A stretch of 64,000 nt of DNA, taken from contig CAXXUO010000002.1 of assembly GCA_963666485.2 (NCBI GenBank), positions 128,001 through 192,000 on the forward strand, read 5' to 3'. Position 1 is the first letter of the stretch, and each line of letters opens with the position of its first letter. Made by a program: the position numbers and the translations under genes. Positions 9,083 to 17,844 of the stretch are shown piece after piece. This DNA is from Syntrophorhabdaceae bacterium. Lineage in GTDB: Bacteria > Desulfobacterota > Syntrophorhabdia > Syntrophorhabdales > Syntrophorhabdaceae. The notes beneath the pieces are model-generated. The model did no database searches, had not been told where the DNA came from, and was given only the letters and a program-made list of their open reading frames with translations.

Positions 9083-10210
9083 TCACGTAAATATCTGCGG
9101 GGCCTTCCCGGTACCCGCAGGTTCCGGGGCGTATGCCGTCACCGCTGCCTCAACATAGCAGCCCGGGTCTTTCCTGAAGGGGTCCCCGGTGAGCGCATAG
9201 GAAAGACACCTCAGGCCCCCTCCACATAACCGTTCGTAAAAACAGCCGCCGCATCCTTGGGCCGCTTTTTTCCTGTCCCGCAGCGCAACGAAAAGGGGGC
9301 TTTCCCTGTAGATCTCCGTAAGGGGCCGGTCGAGAACGTTTCCCGTGCGGACGGGCATGCGCCTGCAGGGAACGACATCACCGTTGGCCATGACAGTGAT
9401 CAGCGTGTCACCTGCTGCGCACCGGTAGGGCTCGCCCCCTCCCGCGAGGAACTGCAGGGCCCGGTCCATGGCGATCTCAGTGCGGCACATGGGGTTCCTT
9501 CGGGCCTTCTCTTTAATCTTGAGGACTGCCGAAAAAAAGTCACGGACCTCGCCGGGGGAAAGGACCTCATCCTCGAGCGGCGCACTGCCGCCGCAGGGGA
9601 TGAAACGGTCCGTCCAGACCTTCGACACGCCGAGTTTCATTCCGAGCTTCGCAACATCGCCGAAGCACCGGTAGTTCCGGCGCGTAGCCGTGAAAGATAT
9701 CAGCGTCCTGGTCCCGTTGTCACCAAGATGGCCTATCGCGCGGGAGATCCTCTTGAAGTCGCCCGGCCCCCGTATGCTGTCGTGGGTAGCCTCGTCACCG
9801 TCGATGCTCACCTGGACGAACCTCGGCCCGAGGGACGCAAGGCGCCGGGCGGCTTTCGCATCGAGAAAGCTGCCGTTTGTCAGGACGGCAAAGCTGAATG
9901 CGTCCCTGCGGGCATGGAATTCCTCGAGGAGCTCCCAGATGTCGTCCCGTACAAAAGGCTCCCCACCCGTGAGGTTGATGTGCCCGGGGGGCCCGTTGCC
10001 GGCCGCTGTCAGGTCGCAGAACTGGTCCGTTATCGCGACAAGTTGTTCGCCGTTTAGCTCCTGCGCTCCGTCCCGGTCCTGGTAGCAGTGAATGCACCTG
10101 TTGTTGCACCGCTCCGTTATGTGCCACTGGAGGAGCATTCTGCGACCCGGCGGACGGCCTTTCGCCCGGGCCGCCTTTAAGCGGTCATGATACGCTTTTA
10201 CCCGCCGCAT
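9083..10210 (-). CDS. Radical SAM/SPASM-domain protein (peptide/protein maturase-like)
   Basis: CNNRCIHC (CxxxCxxC), TGGEP, TNG and SIDG...HDSIRG; SPASM cysteines in CAAG...GDVVPC...CGGC...CGGGLRC...DPGC. The start is uncertain (ATG 10210 overlapping the upstream stop, or ATG 10138). Confidence 0.92.
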   Translation of the reverse strand: MRRVKAYHDRLKAARAKGRPPGRRMLLQWHITERCNNRCIHCYQDRDGAQELNGEQLVAITDQFCDLTAAGNGPPGHINLTGGEPFVRDDIWELLEEFHARRDAFSFAVLTNGSFLDAKAARRLASLGPRFVQVSIDGDEATHDSIRGPGDFKRISRAIGHLGDNGTRTLISFTATRRNYRCFGDVAKLGMKLGVSKVWTDRFIPCGGSAPLEDEVLSPGEVRDFFSAVLKIKEKARRNPMCRTEIAMDRALQFLAGGGEPYRCAAGDTLITVMANGDVVPCRRMPVRTGNVLDRPLTEIYRESPLFVALRDRKKAAQGCGGCFYERLCGGGLRCLSYALTGDPFRKDPGCYVEAAVTAYAPEPAGTGKAPQIFT

Positions 10211-11103
10211 CCGCCGCACCCCCCGCATCCGCCACCGCCGCCGCTGCATCCGCTGCCGCCGCTGCATCCGCCGCAGGCACTTCCCGAGGACGATTTCTTG
10301 AAGGCGGCATGAATTTCTTCGTACATAGGGGTGCCCGTCAGGGCGGCCGCGCCGAATATGGCGACCGCATAGGCCGGGTCTATCCCCTCCGGCGCGCTTC
10401 TCGTTCGCAGCCAGTCAAAGTGTTTTTCCAGTTTCGCGAGATACTGTCTGCCGAGCCAGCTGGCCCTGCCCCATGGCTTGAGCATCAGGGGGACGAGAAC
10501 GAAAGAGAAGACCATCAGCATGAAGAGGAAGAACACCGGTTTTCCGAAAGAAATACCGAGTACGAATTTCGAAACACCGGTCACGACAAGAATGATCATA
10601 AGGACCCAGAAGATCAGCCAGCCCTGTTTCTCCTCCGATGCGTTCTTGACGAGCCGGTTCTGCGCAAGCTCCTGGTAATTGTACAGGGACAGTCTTTCCA
10701 CGTCCTTGCGTATCTCCTCAAGTTTAAAGAGGTTCCTCGTATACAACTTCATCTTTACATGATCATAGACGGAGCGGGGAACGGGCTTCAATGTCTGGAG
10801 CCTGGCCAGGCGGTCCGGCTCGCTGAGGCCTGTCCTCTTGACGGAGGCCAGGTCCTTCTCGCCTTCGATCTCCACGAGCCCCTTGTTCAGGAGATCGAAA
10901 ACTGCCGTCTTGACGGCCTCCTTCCAACCCCCTTTCAGGAACGATATCGTCACGGGGTCGAACCTCGTCAGGTTGGGCATGGGCGCGCCCCTGCTGCTGT
11001 CGGACCCCATCATCACCCGGCCGACAAGGACGCATGCCGCCGCCAGGCACACGTAAAGAAAGAGAAAGGTTGGTCCCGGTATGGATCGCAAGAATTCAAG
11101 CAT
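10198..11103 (-). CDS. TIGR04222-like membrane protein with a Cys/Gly/Ser low-complexity C-terminal tail
   Basis: N-terminal GPTFLFLY; ISFLKGG...AVFDLL..GLV; a TM hairpin (KFVLGISFGKPVFFL); AVAIFG; tail SSSGSACGGCSGGSGCSGGGGGCGGCGGCGG. The likely start is ATG 11103, overlapping the upstream stop. Confidence 0.85.
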   Translation of the reverse strand: MLEFLRSIPGPTFLFLYVCLAAACVLVGRVMMGSDSSRGAPMPNLTRFDPVTISFLKGGWKEAVKTAVFDLLNKGLVEIEGEKDLASVKRTGLSEPDRLARLQTLKPVPRSVYDHVKMKLYTRNLFKLEEIRKDVERLSLYNYQELAQNRLVKNASEEKQGWLIFWVLMIILVVTGVSKFVLGISFGKPVFFLFMLMVFSFVLVPLMLKPWGRASWLGRQYLAKLEKHFDWLRTRSAPEGIDPAYAVAIFGAAALTGTPMYEEIHAAFKKSSSGSACGGCSGGSGCSGGGGGCGGCGGCGG

Positions 11104-12814
11104 TGCCCGATCTTCCTCCCGCGGAGATATAATATACGGTGTCGCCCGGGTACACTGCCGCGTGGCCCCGTCCGAACCTGATGCCCCCTTCCCTTCCCTT
11201 GACCATGAGCACCCTGTCCCGCAATCCTTCGAGGACAGTTTCGAAGGCCCCGGCGTCACCAACCTCGGTGCCCGAAATAAAGATCTTTCCCGCAGGACTG
11301 TCGAACGCGTTCATGACATCGCTGTTCAATGCCGCCGATGCGAAGGCTGCGGCCGCAATGTAGGAGGAACTGACGGCGTCGTCTATCGCAAAATTTTTCC
11401 GTATCATGCGGGCGAAATCCTCGTCGAAGATCCTCAGGACCGTCCTGATGCCGCCGTTCGTCGCCGCCGCGTTCAGCCCGGCCTCGAGGTTCGTGAGATC
11501 GTTGTCGGTGGAGCATATTATCGCTTTCGCGCGCCCTGTGCCGGCATGGGCCAGGGAATCCTCCAGCACGGCGTCTGACACGATGAACGGGATGCCCATG
11601 TTCCTGAGTCTCTGGACGAACCTGTTCTGCGGGTTCTTCTCGACGACCACCACATTCTCCCCGAGTTCGACAAGATTCTCGAGTATCCTTGCCCCGACAT
11701 CCCCGAGGCCGCAGAGGATGATATGGTCCTTGACGTGCATCTTCCGCCTGCCCATCAGCATTTCGAGACGTTTCTTGATCATGCTGTCCGTGATGAAAGC
11801 GAACAATATGGCCATAAGCATGGCCCCGGAGAGCATGAGGACGATTCCGACGATCTTGGAAATGGTCGATGAGTCGCGCAGGCTGATATCGCCGAAGCCG
11901 ACGGTTGTGAGGACGGTCACGACAAAGTAAACGGCATTGATGAAGCTCAGTTTCTCGACTGCGGCGAAGAAGAAGACGCTGAAAATGAGTATGCCCAGGA
12001 GAGTGACGAGGGTAGAGAAGAGCACCTTGTCCGACAGGAGAAGGTGCGGCCTGAACCTGAATTTCTTCTTTGTCCCGTTGCTTCTTTCGTCCGGACTGCG
12101 CGGACTAATGCCGTTGAGCGTCTTCGCCCCCGCAAAGGATGAGAAGCACAGGACCCGCGCGTCGTTCCCTATTTCCGCGTCCCTGCCGGGACAAGCGGCC
12201 CCGTCGATAGCGACTACCCGGACAGCGTGTACGGCTTCAACCTCGCCGGCACTTCTTTCGCTTCCCCCGGTCAAGGCCACGCCTTTCACCTCGTAAAACG
12301 TGTATGTCTCTTTGTCGACTTTGAACGACAGAACGGAATCCCGGACCAATGCGGAAACCGCGAAGCTCGGCGTCGCGACCTGCGACACGCTGATAGCGCG
12401 CACGCCGGGAATCCTCTTTTCAAGCTCCCCCGCGAACTTCATGTTGAAGACCCGCACGACGATCCTCATGCCGGGATTGATTTCGTTGACCCTCATTGCC
12501 GCGTGTATATTGAACTGGTCATCCTCGGAGGGAAATATGATGGACCCCGCTGAACGAAGGTCCAGGTGGTTAAGGGTATCGAGGCTGTTCGTGTCGGCCG
12601 TGACGACGAGGACCCCGGATAACCTCGTCTCCCCGAGAAGCCGCGAATGTTCCCGCGCGACGACGGTGACAGGCACCCCCGCCTCGACGAGGAATTCCAT
12701 GATCCTGAACCCGGCATTGGAAAGGCCGTAGATGATGACACGCCCGTGCCCTTCCTTGCCGGCGCCGGATGCCGCTTTGCCGTCAACCGCGTTTTGGTCC
12801 AGTATAACCCCCAC
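11096..12814 (-). CDS. Potassium-channel-family protein with two TrkA-N/RCK domains
   Basis: Selectivity filter TVLTTVGFGD between two TM helices; Rossmann motifs IYGLSNAG and ILCGLGDVG. Confidence 0.9.
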   Translation of the reverse strand: MGVILDQNAVDGKAASGAGKEGHGRVIIYGLSNAGFRIMEFLVEAGVPVTVVAREHSRLLGETRLSGVLVVTADTNSLDTLNHLDLRSAGSIIFPSEDDQFNIHAAMRVNEINPGMRIVVRVFNMKFAGELEKRIPGVRAISVSQVATPSFAVSALVRDSVLSFKVDKETYTFYEVKGVALTGGSERSAGEVEAVHAVRVVAIDGAACPGRDAEIGNDARVLCFSSFAGAKTLNGISPRSPDERSNGTKKKFRFRPHLLLSDKVLFSTLVTLLGILIFSVFFFAAVEKLSFINAVYFVVTVLTTVGFGDISLRDSSTISKIVGIVLMLSGAMLMAILFAFITDSMIKKRLEMLMGRRKMHVKDHIILCGLGDVGARILENLVELGENVVVVEKNPQNRFVQRLRNMGIPFIVSDAVLEDSLAHAGTGRAKAIICSTDNDLTNLEAGLNAAATNGGIRTVLRIFDEDFARMIRKNFAIDDAVSSSYIAAAAFASAALNSDVMNAFDSPAGKIFISGTEVGDAGAFETVLEGLRDRVLMVKGREGGIRFGRGHAAVYPGDTVYYISAGGRSGNA

Positions 12815-13023
12815 TCTCGTACCGGAGAATCGATGTGTCAGCGAGCCAATTGTATCACACTGCTTTCATTTGTTGAACGGATAATTTTGAAGGCAGGAAA
12901 ACCCCGGGGGCGCATACTGATAATGCCCGCGCGCCCCTGTTAACACAGGCGATCATCGCTCTTTACTTTTTCACCCGTATGATGTAATAATCCTCGACTT
13001 GATGTGGAAGGTGAACAGAACAA

Positions 13024-13920
13024 ATGACGTTATCAGCTAAAGTAAAAAATATTTTCATCTCTACAAGGCCATGGTCATTCACCATGTCCCTCATATCGGT
13101 TTCCATCGGTACGCTCCTCGCTGCCCAGGAGGGCCCCGTTTCCTGGTTCTGGTTTGCCCTCGTTTGCATAGGAATAGTGTCGTTTCACGCAACTGCGAAT
13201 GTCCTGAACGATTATTTCGATACGAGATATAATGTAGACCAAAAGGATTCCCCGACCGCGCGCTACAGGCCTCATCCGTTGATCGGCAATTTACTCACGC
13301 CCCGGCAGCTCCTCGTTGAAGCGTTTATCCTGTTGGCCATTACACTCGGCATAGGGTTCACCATCTCCGGGATGCGGTCGATCACCGTGTTGTGGATCGG
13401 GCTTATCGGTGTCGCAACAAGTGTTTTCTATACCGGGTGGCCGATAAAATTTAAATATTCCGGCTGGGGCGAGATATTCGTCTTTCTCATGTGGGGCCCC
13501 CTGATGTTTGAGGGAGCCTACGTCGTTCAGCGCCAGGTATTGTCCGGCAAGGTATTCCTCGTATCGGTCCCGTTCGGGGTGCTCGTGGCGCTTGTGCTGC
13601 TGGCGAATAACATTCGGGATATCGCATATGATTCGCGGCAGCGCATACGAACTGTCAGTATATTGCTCGGCCCTCGCCGGTCGATCATGCTGTATGCGGC
13701 GCTCATTGTGACCGCGTACGTATTTACGGCTCTCATCGTTGCTATCGGCGTCCTGAGCCCCTGGGCGCTCCTGGTCCTCATCTCTTTACCGAAAGCGATC
13801 AAACTGCTCAGGGAATTCATGAAGAAAGTGCCGGAAGCAGCCGATGCAAACACCGCGCAGTTGAACACAATTTTCGGCATTCTCCTGATCATTGCCCTCA
13901 TCCTGGAGAAGGTGCTTTAA
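13024..13920 (+). CDS. menA: UbiA-family prenyltransferase, MenA (DHNA octaprenyltransferase)-like
   Basis: TRPWSF, NVLNDYFD, YT..P..FKY.GWGE and NNIRDIAYD motifs; multiple TM segments. Confidence 0.8.
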   Translation: MTLSAKVKNIFISTRPWSFTMSLISVSIGTLLAAQEGPVSWFWFALVCIGIVSFHATANVLNDYFDTRYNVDQKDSPTARYRPHPLIGNLLTPRQLLVEAFILLAITLGIGFTISGMRSITVLWIGLIGVATSVFYTGWPIKFKYSGWGEIFVFLMWGPLMFEGAYVVQRQVLSGKVFLVSVPFGVLVALVLLANNIRDIAYDSRQRIRTVSILLGPRRSIMLYAALIVTAYVFTALIVAIGVLSPWALLVLISLPKAIKLLREFMKKVPEAADANTAQLNTIFGILLIIALILEKVL

Positions 13921-14528
13921 TGGCGGTCGTCGGCGCAATCGTTCTTGCATTCGTTTGCTGGGCTTTTACCTTTGGCCTGCCGCAGGGGAATTTCTGGGTC
14001 AAGATAGGCCTGTCCGTGGTAATTGTGACCGCATATTCTCTCTGGTGGCAGCGTCCCGTGATCGCACTGCGCTGGCGCTCTTTTCTGCTCGGGGCGATCT
14101 CTGCAGTCATACTCTATTTTATATTCTATGCGGGCAACATTCTCTCCGCGTTTATTTTCTCGAATGCCGGCCGCCAGGTAGGCGGCATCTACGGTCTCGG
14201 GCACGGGACGAACCATCTTTGGATATTCCTTTTGCTGCTCTTGGTCACCGGGCCCGGCGAAGAGATATTCTGGCGCGGTTTTCTCCAATCAAAATTGATG
14301 GACCGCTTCGGAAAATGGCCGGGTTATTGTATCGCGACAGGGGTCTATGCGGCCGTGCACGTATTTTCGGGGAATATCATCCTCATCGGGGCCGCATTGG
14401 TAGCGGGAATGTTTTGGGGTGCAATGTACATGTGGCGCAGGGACCTGTTCATGCAGATCATCTCACACTCTTTGTGGTCGAGTTTTATATTCGCAGTCAC
14501 TCCCATCACACCGGCTATACATCAATAA
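13920..14528 (+). CDS. CPBP (Abi/CAAX) family intramembrane metalloprotease
   Basis: EEIFWRG, YAAVH and IISHSLW motifs; TAATG overlap with the upstream gene. Confidence 0.88.
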   Translation: MAVVGAIVLAFVCWAFTFGLPQGNFWVKIGLSVVIVTAYSLWWQRPVIALRWRSFLLGAISAVILYFIFYAGNILSAFIFSNAGRQVGGIYGLGHGTNHLWIFLLLLLVTGPGEEIFWRGFLQSKLMDRFGKWPGYCIATGVYAAVHVFSGNIILIGAALVAGMFWGAMYMWRRDLFMQIISHSLWSSFIFAVTPITPAIHQ

Positions 14529-14559
14529 AATTCAAACCGGATAACGGATCGCATGGTTA

Positions 14560-16674
14560 TCAGAAATTACTTTCGCGGAGGATGACGTCGTATATCCTTT
14601 GAAGAAAGCCCGCCATGGCGCTTCTTCGCTTGGCTTTTATGCCGGCAACGCCTTTCAGGCGCAGCGCCGGGACGCCCGGGGGATCGCACGAGGCGAGGCG
14701 CACGCGGAAAACGGGCTGCAGCGGCCGGATAAGGCCCTTTGGATCGGCCTGGGCGGGGATCGGCCCCGAATACGGTGAAGCGAGGGAGGGCTCCTCGAGG
14801 GCGGCCAGGTTGACTTTATCGATTGCCGCAACGCGGCAGGTGAACGTCCCGAAACCGGCGCCGTCCGGGATAAAAGTGGCTTTGTTGCCTATCGCGATCC
14901 TCTGGAGCTCGGAGCCGTTGACGAATGCGTCGACCTTGTTCTCGGCCGGGTCTACAAGCACATAGAGCTGCTCGCGCGCCGGGATGAAAAGGCCCGGCCT
15001 GATCTCGTCGTTGCGCGTCAAAATATTACCGTCGAACGGGGCACGCATCATCAGCTTCAACCATTCTTTTTCCAACCCGTCAAGGTTCGCCTTCGTTTCC
15101 TCGAACCTGTGCCGCAGGACCTCGCCCACGGCGAGCGCTTCCTCGTTGAAGGGCTGATGTTCCAGGTCCCAGCGGGACTGCGACTCGGACACCCGCGCCT
15201 GCCGGACCTTGTATTCGAGCTCCTGCGAGCGAAGGACCACCAGCACATCCCCTGCCCTCACACGGCCCCTGCCCTGTGCGGGCTCTTCCACGACCTCCGA
15301 CGGGTACGCGGCATAAAAGCCCTGTTCACGTGCCGCAGACATCATGGCCGGTGCCGTTATCCGGCCCGACCAGGGGATGAGGAAGACGATGATGAAGGCA
15401 AGGGTGGCGCACGCCGTCCTGAAGATCGTGTAATTGAGCTTCATGCGGAAACGAAGGTCGACCCATGTTCTCACCTCGCGATACACGGGCTGCAGGATAA
15501 ACCACCACATCTCGACTGAAAAAAGGATGATCCCGAGCATTTTGAAAAAATACCGGTAGACGAGGATGGCGATCCCCAGGAAGATAAAAAAACGATAGGC
15601 CCAAACGACATAGGAAAAGACAATGAGGAACTTCCGGTATGCGTCGGGCATGGGTTCCGGCGGCGGGTCGTCGAACCCGAAAAGTATTTCGCGGAGCCAC
15701 CACCTGCCGAAGGCAAAGGAACGTGCATGCAGGTTCGCTATCCCCAGGAAGTCGGACAGGATAAAATAGCCGTCGTAGCGGAGAAAGGGGCTGGCGTTCA
15801 GAAGAAGCGTCATGACCCATGACGTGGTGGCGAGGACGAACGCGCCCGACCGCAGCACCCCGTCAGGCAGGAACACCCAGGCCCAGGTGGCAGCCACGGC
15901 AAGCAGGAGTTCGGTCGCCATGCCGGCGGCCCCGACCGCCAGGCGCTTATGCCTGTCCTGAAGTTTCCACACCTCGTTGGTGTCCGTGTAGAGCATGGGG
16001 AACAGAACGACGAACACGATGCCCATCGCCGGGATCTTGCACCCGTACCTGTGCGCGGTCACTGCGTGCCCGAACTCGTGCGCCGTCTTGGCGATGGACA
16101 CCGCGACCGCCGTTGCGGCGATGCCTTCCCACGTCCTGTATATGGCAAGCGAGTGGCGGAATACGTCCCACTGGCGCGAAATGACATAGAGGGCGAGCAC
16201 TGCGGCCGCCAGGGCGAGGGTAAGGAACCACTGGCTGTACATGAAGGTGACGCGACTGGCGAATGCATCGAGGACCTTCTGGGGCTTAAGCAGCGGGACC
16301 CGGAAAAAAAGATAGTTCTTGAGCAGCGTCATCATCCAGGAAACACGCATTGCCCGAAGCCCTGCGAGGGCCCGGATGCTTCCTTTCGTTTCGACCAGGT
16401 AACTCTGCTCCAGGAACAGTGCTATGTGGGCTATGTCTTCATGGGTGACCGTGAGGGTCGTTTCACGCGCGAGGGCACCGACAACGAGGTCGGACCTGCC
16501 GAGGTCCCATCGCGAAAGGATCTCGAAGGCCTGCCAGTTCAGCTGGTAAAACCTGTTTGCCGAGGGATCGTGGAGCGTCCATGTCCGGCTTCCGTCGGCC
16601 GCGGACGGCGCGGGGTAAATGGCGAGTTCCTGCCGCAAAGGGGGGAGATTGAAAGGTTTCACCAGCCTAACCAT
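14560..16674 (-). CDS. M50 peptidase-domain / HlyD-type adaptor fusion protein
   Basis: HEFGH zinc motif and NASPFLRYDGY; N-terminal LPPLRQEL...WTLHDP; C-terminal coiled coil plus APFDG. Confidence 0.9.
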   Translation of the reverse strand: MVRLVKPFNLPPLRQELAIYPAPSAADGSRTWTLHDPSANRFYQLNWQAFEILSRWDLGRSDLVVGALARETTLTVTHEDIAHIALFLEQSYLVETKGSIRALAGLRAMRVSWMMTLLKNYLFFRVPLLKPQKVLDAFASRVTFMYSQWFLTLALAAAVLALYVISRQWDVFRHSLAIYRTWEGIAATAVAVSIAKTAHEFGHAVTAHRYGCKIPAMGIVFVVLFPMLYTDTNEVWKLQDRHKRLAVGAAGMATELLLAVAATWAWVFLPDGVLRSGAFVLATTSWVMTLLLNASPFLRYDGYFILSDFLGIANLHARSFAFGRWWLREILFGFDDPPPEPMPDAYRKFLIVFSYVVWAYRFFIFLGIAILVYRYFFKMLGIILFSVEMWWFILQPVYREVRTWVDLRFRMKLNYTIFRTACATLAFIIVFLIPWSGRITAPAMMSAAREQGFYAAYPSEVVEEPAQGRGRVRAGDVLVVLRSQELEYKVRQARVSESQSRWDLEHQPFNEEALAVGEVLRHRFEETKANLDGLEKEWLKLMMRAPFDGNILTRNDEIRPGLFIPAREQLYVLVDPAENKVDAFVNGSELQRIAIGNKATFIPDGAGFGTFTCRVAAIDKVNLAALEEPSLASPYSGPIPAQADPKGLIRPLQPVFRVRLASCDPPGVPALRLKGVAGIKAKRRSAMAGFLQRIYDVILRESNF

Positions 16675-17573
16675 TGCCTGAGGGCGGTCAGGGGGCGGCG
16701 GAAAATATAGTACGCCAGTATCACCCTCTTCCCGTAGATCTTTGCGATACCCGTTAATCCGACGCGGGGCGGAGCCGACCCGTCCGCGAGAAAATCAGCT
16801 TTGAGGCGATACGCGACAAGGCCCGCCGGGGTAACCTCGGATTTATACGAGGCGTACGTGAGCCGGCCGTCCCGCGGCCGCTGCGGATCGGAGGTGAGAT
16901 AGAGTGTCACCTTTGTCCCCTGCTGAAGCGCGATAGCGTCGGCCACCGGAAGGAAGATGAGCATCTCGACATTCGCCGGGTCGGCGATGACGACGATCCT
17001 TTCTCCGACGGACACGCTTTTCCCTATCCAGTCATTGGCGTCCGCGAATACGGCGATGCCGTCGCGGGGCGCCTTCACCTCTATCTTGTCGAAGAGGTTC
17101 CGGGAAAACGCAAGCTCGGCTTCCCTCCCCTGCATCTTGCCCTGGCTCGACTCTATCGAGGACCGCGCTTTTTCGTCCTCGATCGCCATCTGTGACGTTT
17201 GCCTGTATACCTCGGCCGCGACCTGGTATGCCTTCGAGGCGACCTGCAGGCGCGTCTCGAGGTTCGTCCTGTCGAACTCGAACAGGACCTGCCCTTTTTT
17301 CACCTCTTCGTTCGGACGAACACGGAACTTGAAGATGATCCCTTCGAGGGGCGAGCGGACGACGAGAGGGTCCCTCGGGGCCACCTCCGCGGGGGCCTGC
17401 ACGGATAGCCGCACGGGGAGCAGAAAAAAGACCAGGATGGCAATGGCGACAGCCGCCTTGCGCTTTGGCGTTCCCAGCTTCTCTTTCACCACCCGGATAT
17501 ATTTGCGGGGAGGCGCGAGGGCCTTGAAGCCGTGTGCATAGATGGAGGCAAGTTCCCTGTAACACATAAACAA
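16659..17573 (-). CDS. HlyD-family adaptor subunit, probably 5'-truncated
   Basis: VRSPLEG, a coiled coil, APRDGIAVF and YYIFRRPL. Begins abruptly at ELASIYAHGF with no clear RBS. Confidence 0.8.
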   Translation of the reverse strand: MFMCYRELASIYAHGFKALAPPRKYIRVVKEKLGTPKRKAAVAIAILVFFLLPVRLSVQAPAEVAPRDPLVVRSPLEGIIFKFRVRPNEEVKKGQVLFEFDRTNLETRLQVASKAYQVAAEVYRQTSQMAIEDEKARSSIESSQGKMQGREAELAFSRNLFDKIEVKAPRDGIAVFADANDWIGKSVSVGERIVVIADPANVEMLIFLPVADAIALQQGTKVTLYLTSDPQRPRDGRLTYASYKSEVTPAGLVAYRLKADFLADGSAPPRVGLTGIAKIYGKRVILAYYIFRRPLTALRQWLGW

Positions 17574-17844
17574 AGATCGTGCCTGATGTCAATAAGACTT
17601 TGGTCTCACATGAAGGTTAGGATTCCCGCAGTCTTTTCCTCACAATTCTTGATTATCATTGACATTTGCGGCCCATAATATAACATTGAAGCAATTGTTT
17701 GCGTTTACAGGCAGGTAGAGCAGAAGGAGTGCGTTGAATAATCGGGCAAAAACAGGTTCTACCAGGCTCAGGGCCTGTCCCGCATCGATGTGCCCGATTA
17801 CACGGTATCGCCTTTCGGCCAGAAAAGGGTAATATCACAGGGTC

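Noticed and set aside
10211..10267. Arg-rich N-terminus of the radical SAM ORF (MQRRQRMQRRR...)
   Set aside because: It is the alternative-frame reading of the Gly/Cys tail of the upstream gene.
11104..11262. N-terminal extension of the TIGR04222-like ORF
   Set aside because: It overlaps the channel gene; ATG 11103 has a purine-rich RBS and a typical stop/start overlap.
17649..17686. Sigma70 promoter around TTGACA at 17659
   Set aside because: No good -10 hexamer at 17-18 nt spacing, so it is too weak to call.
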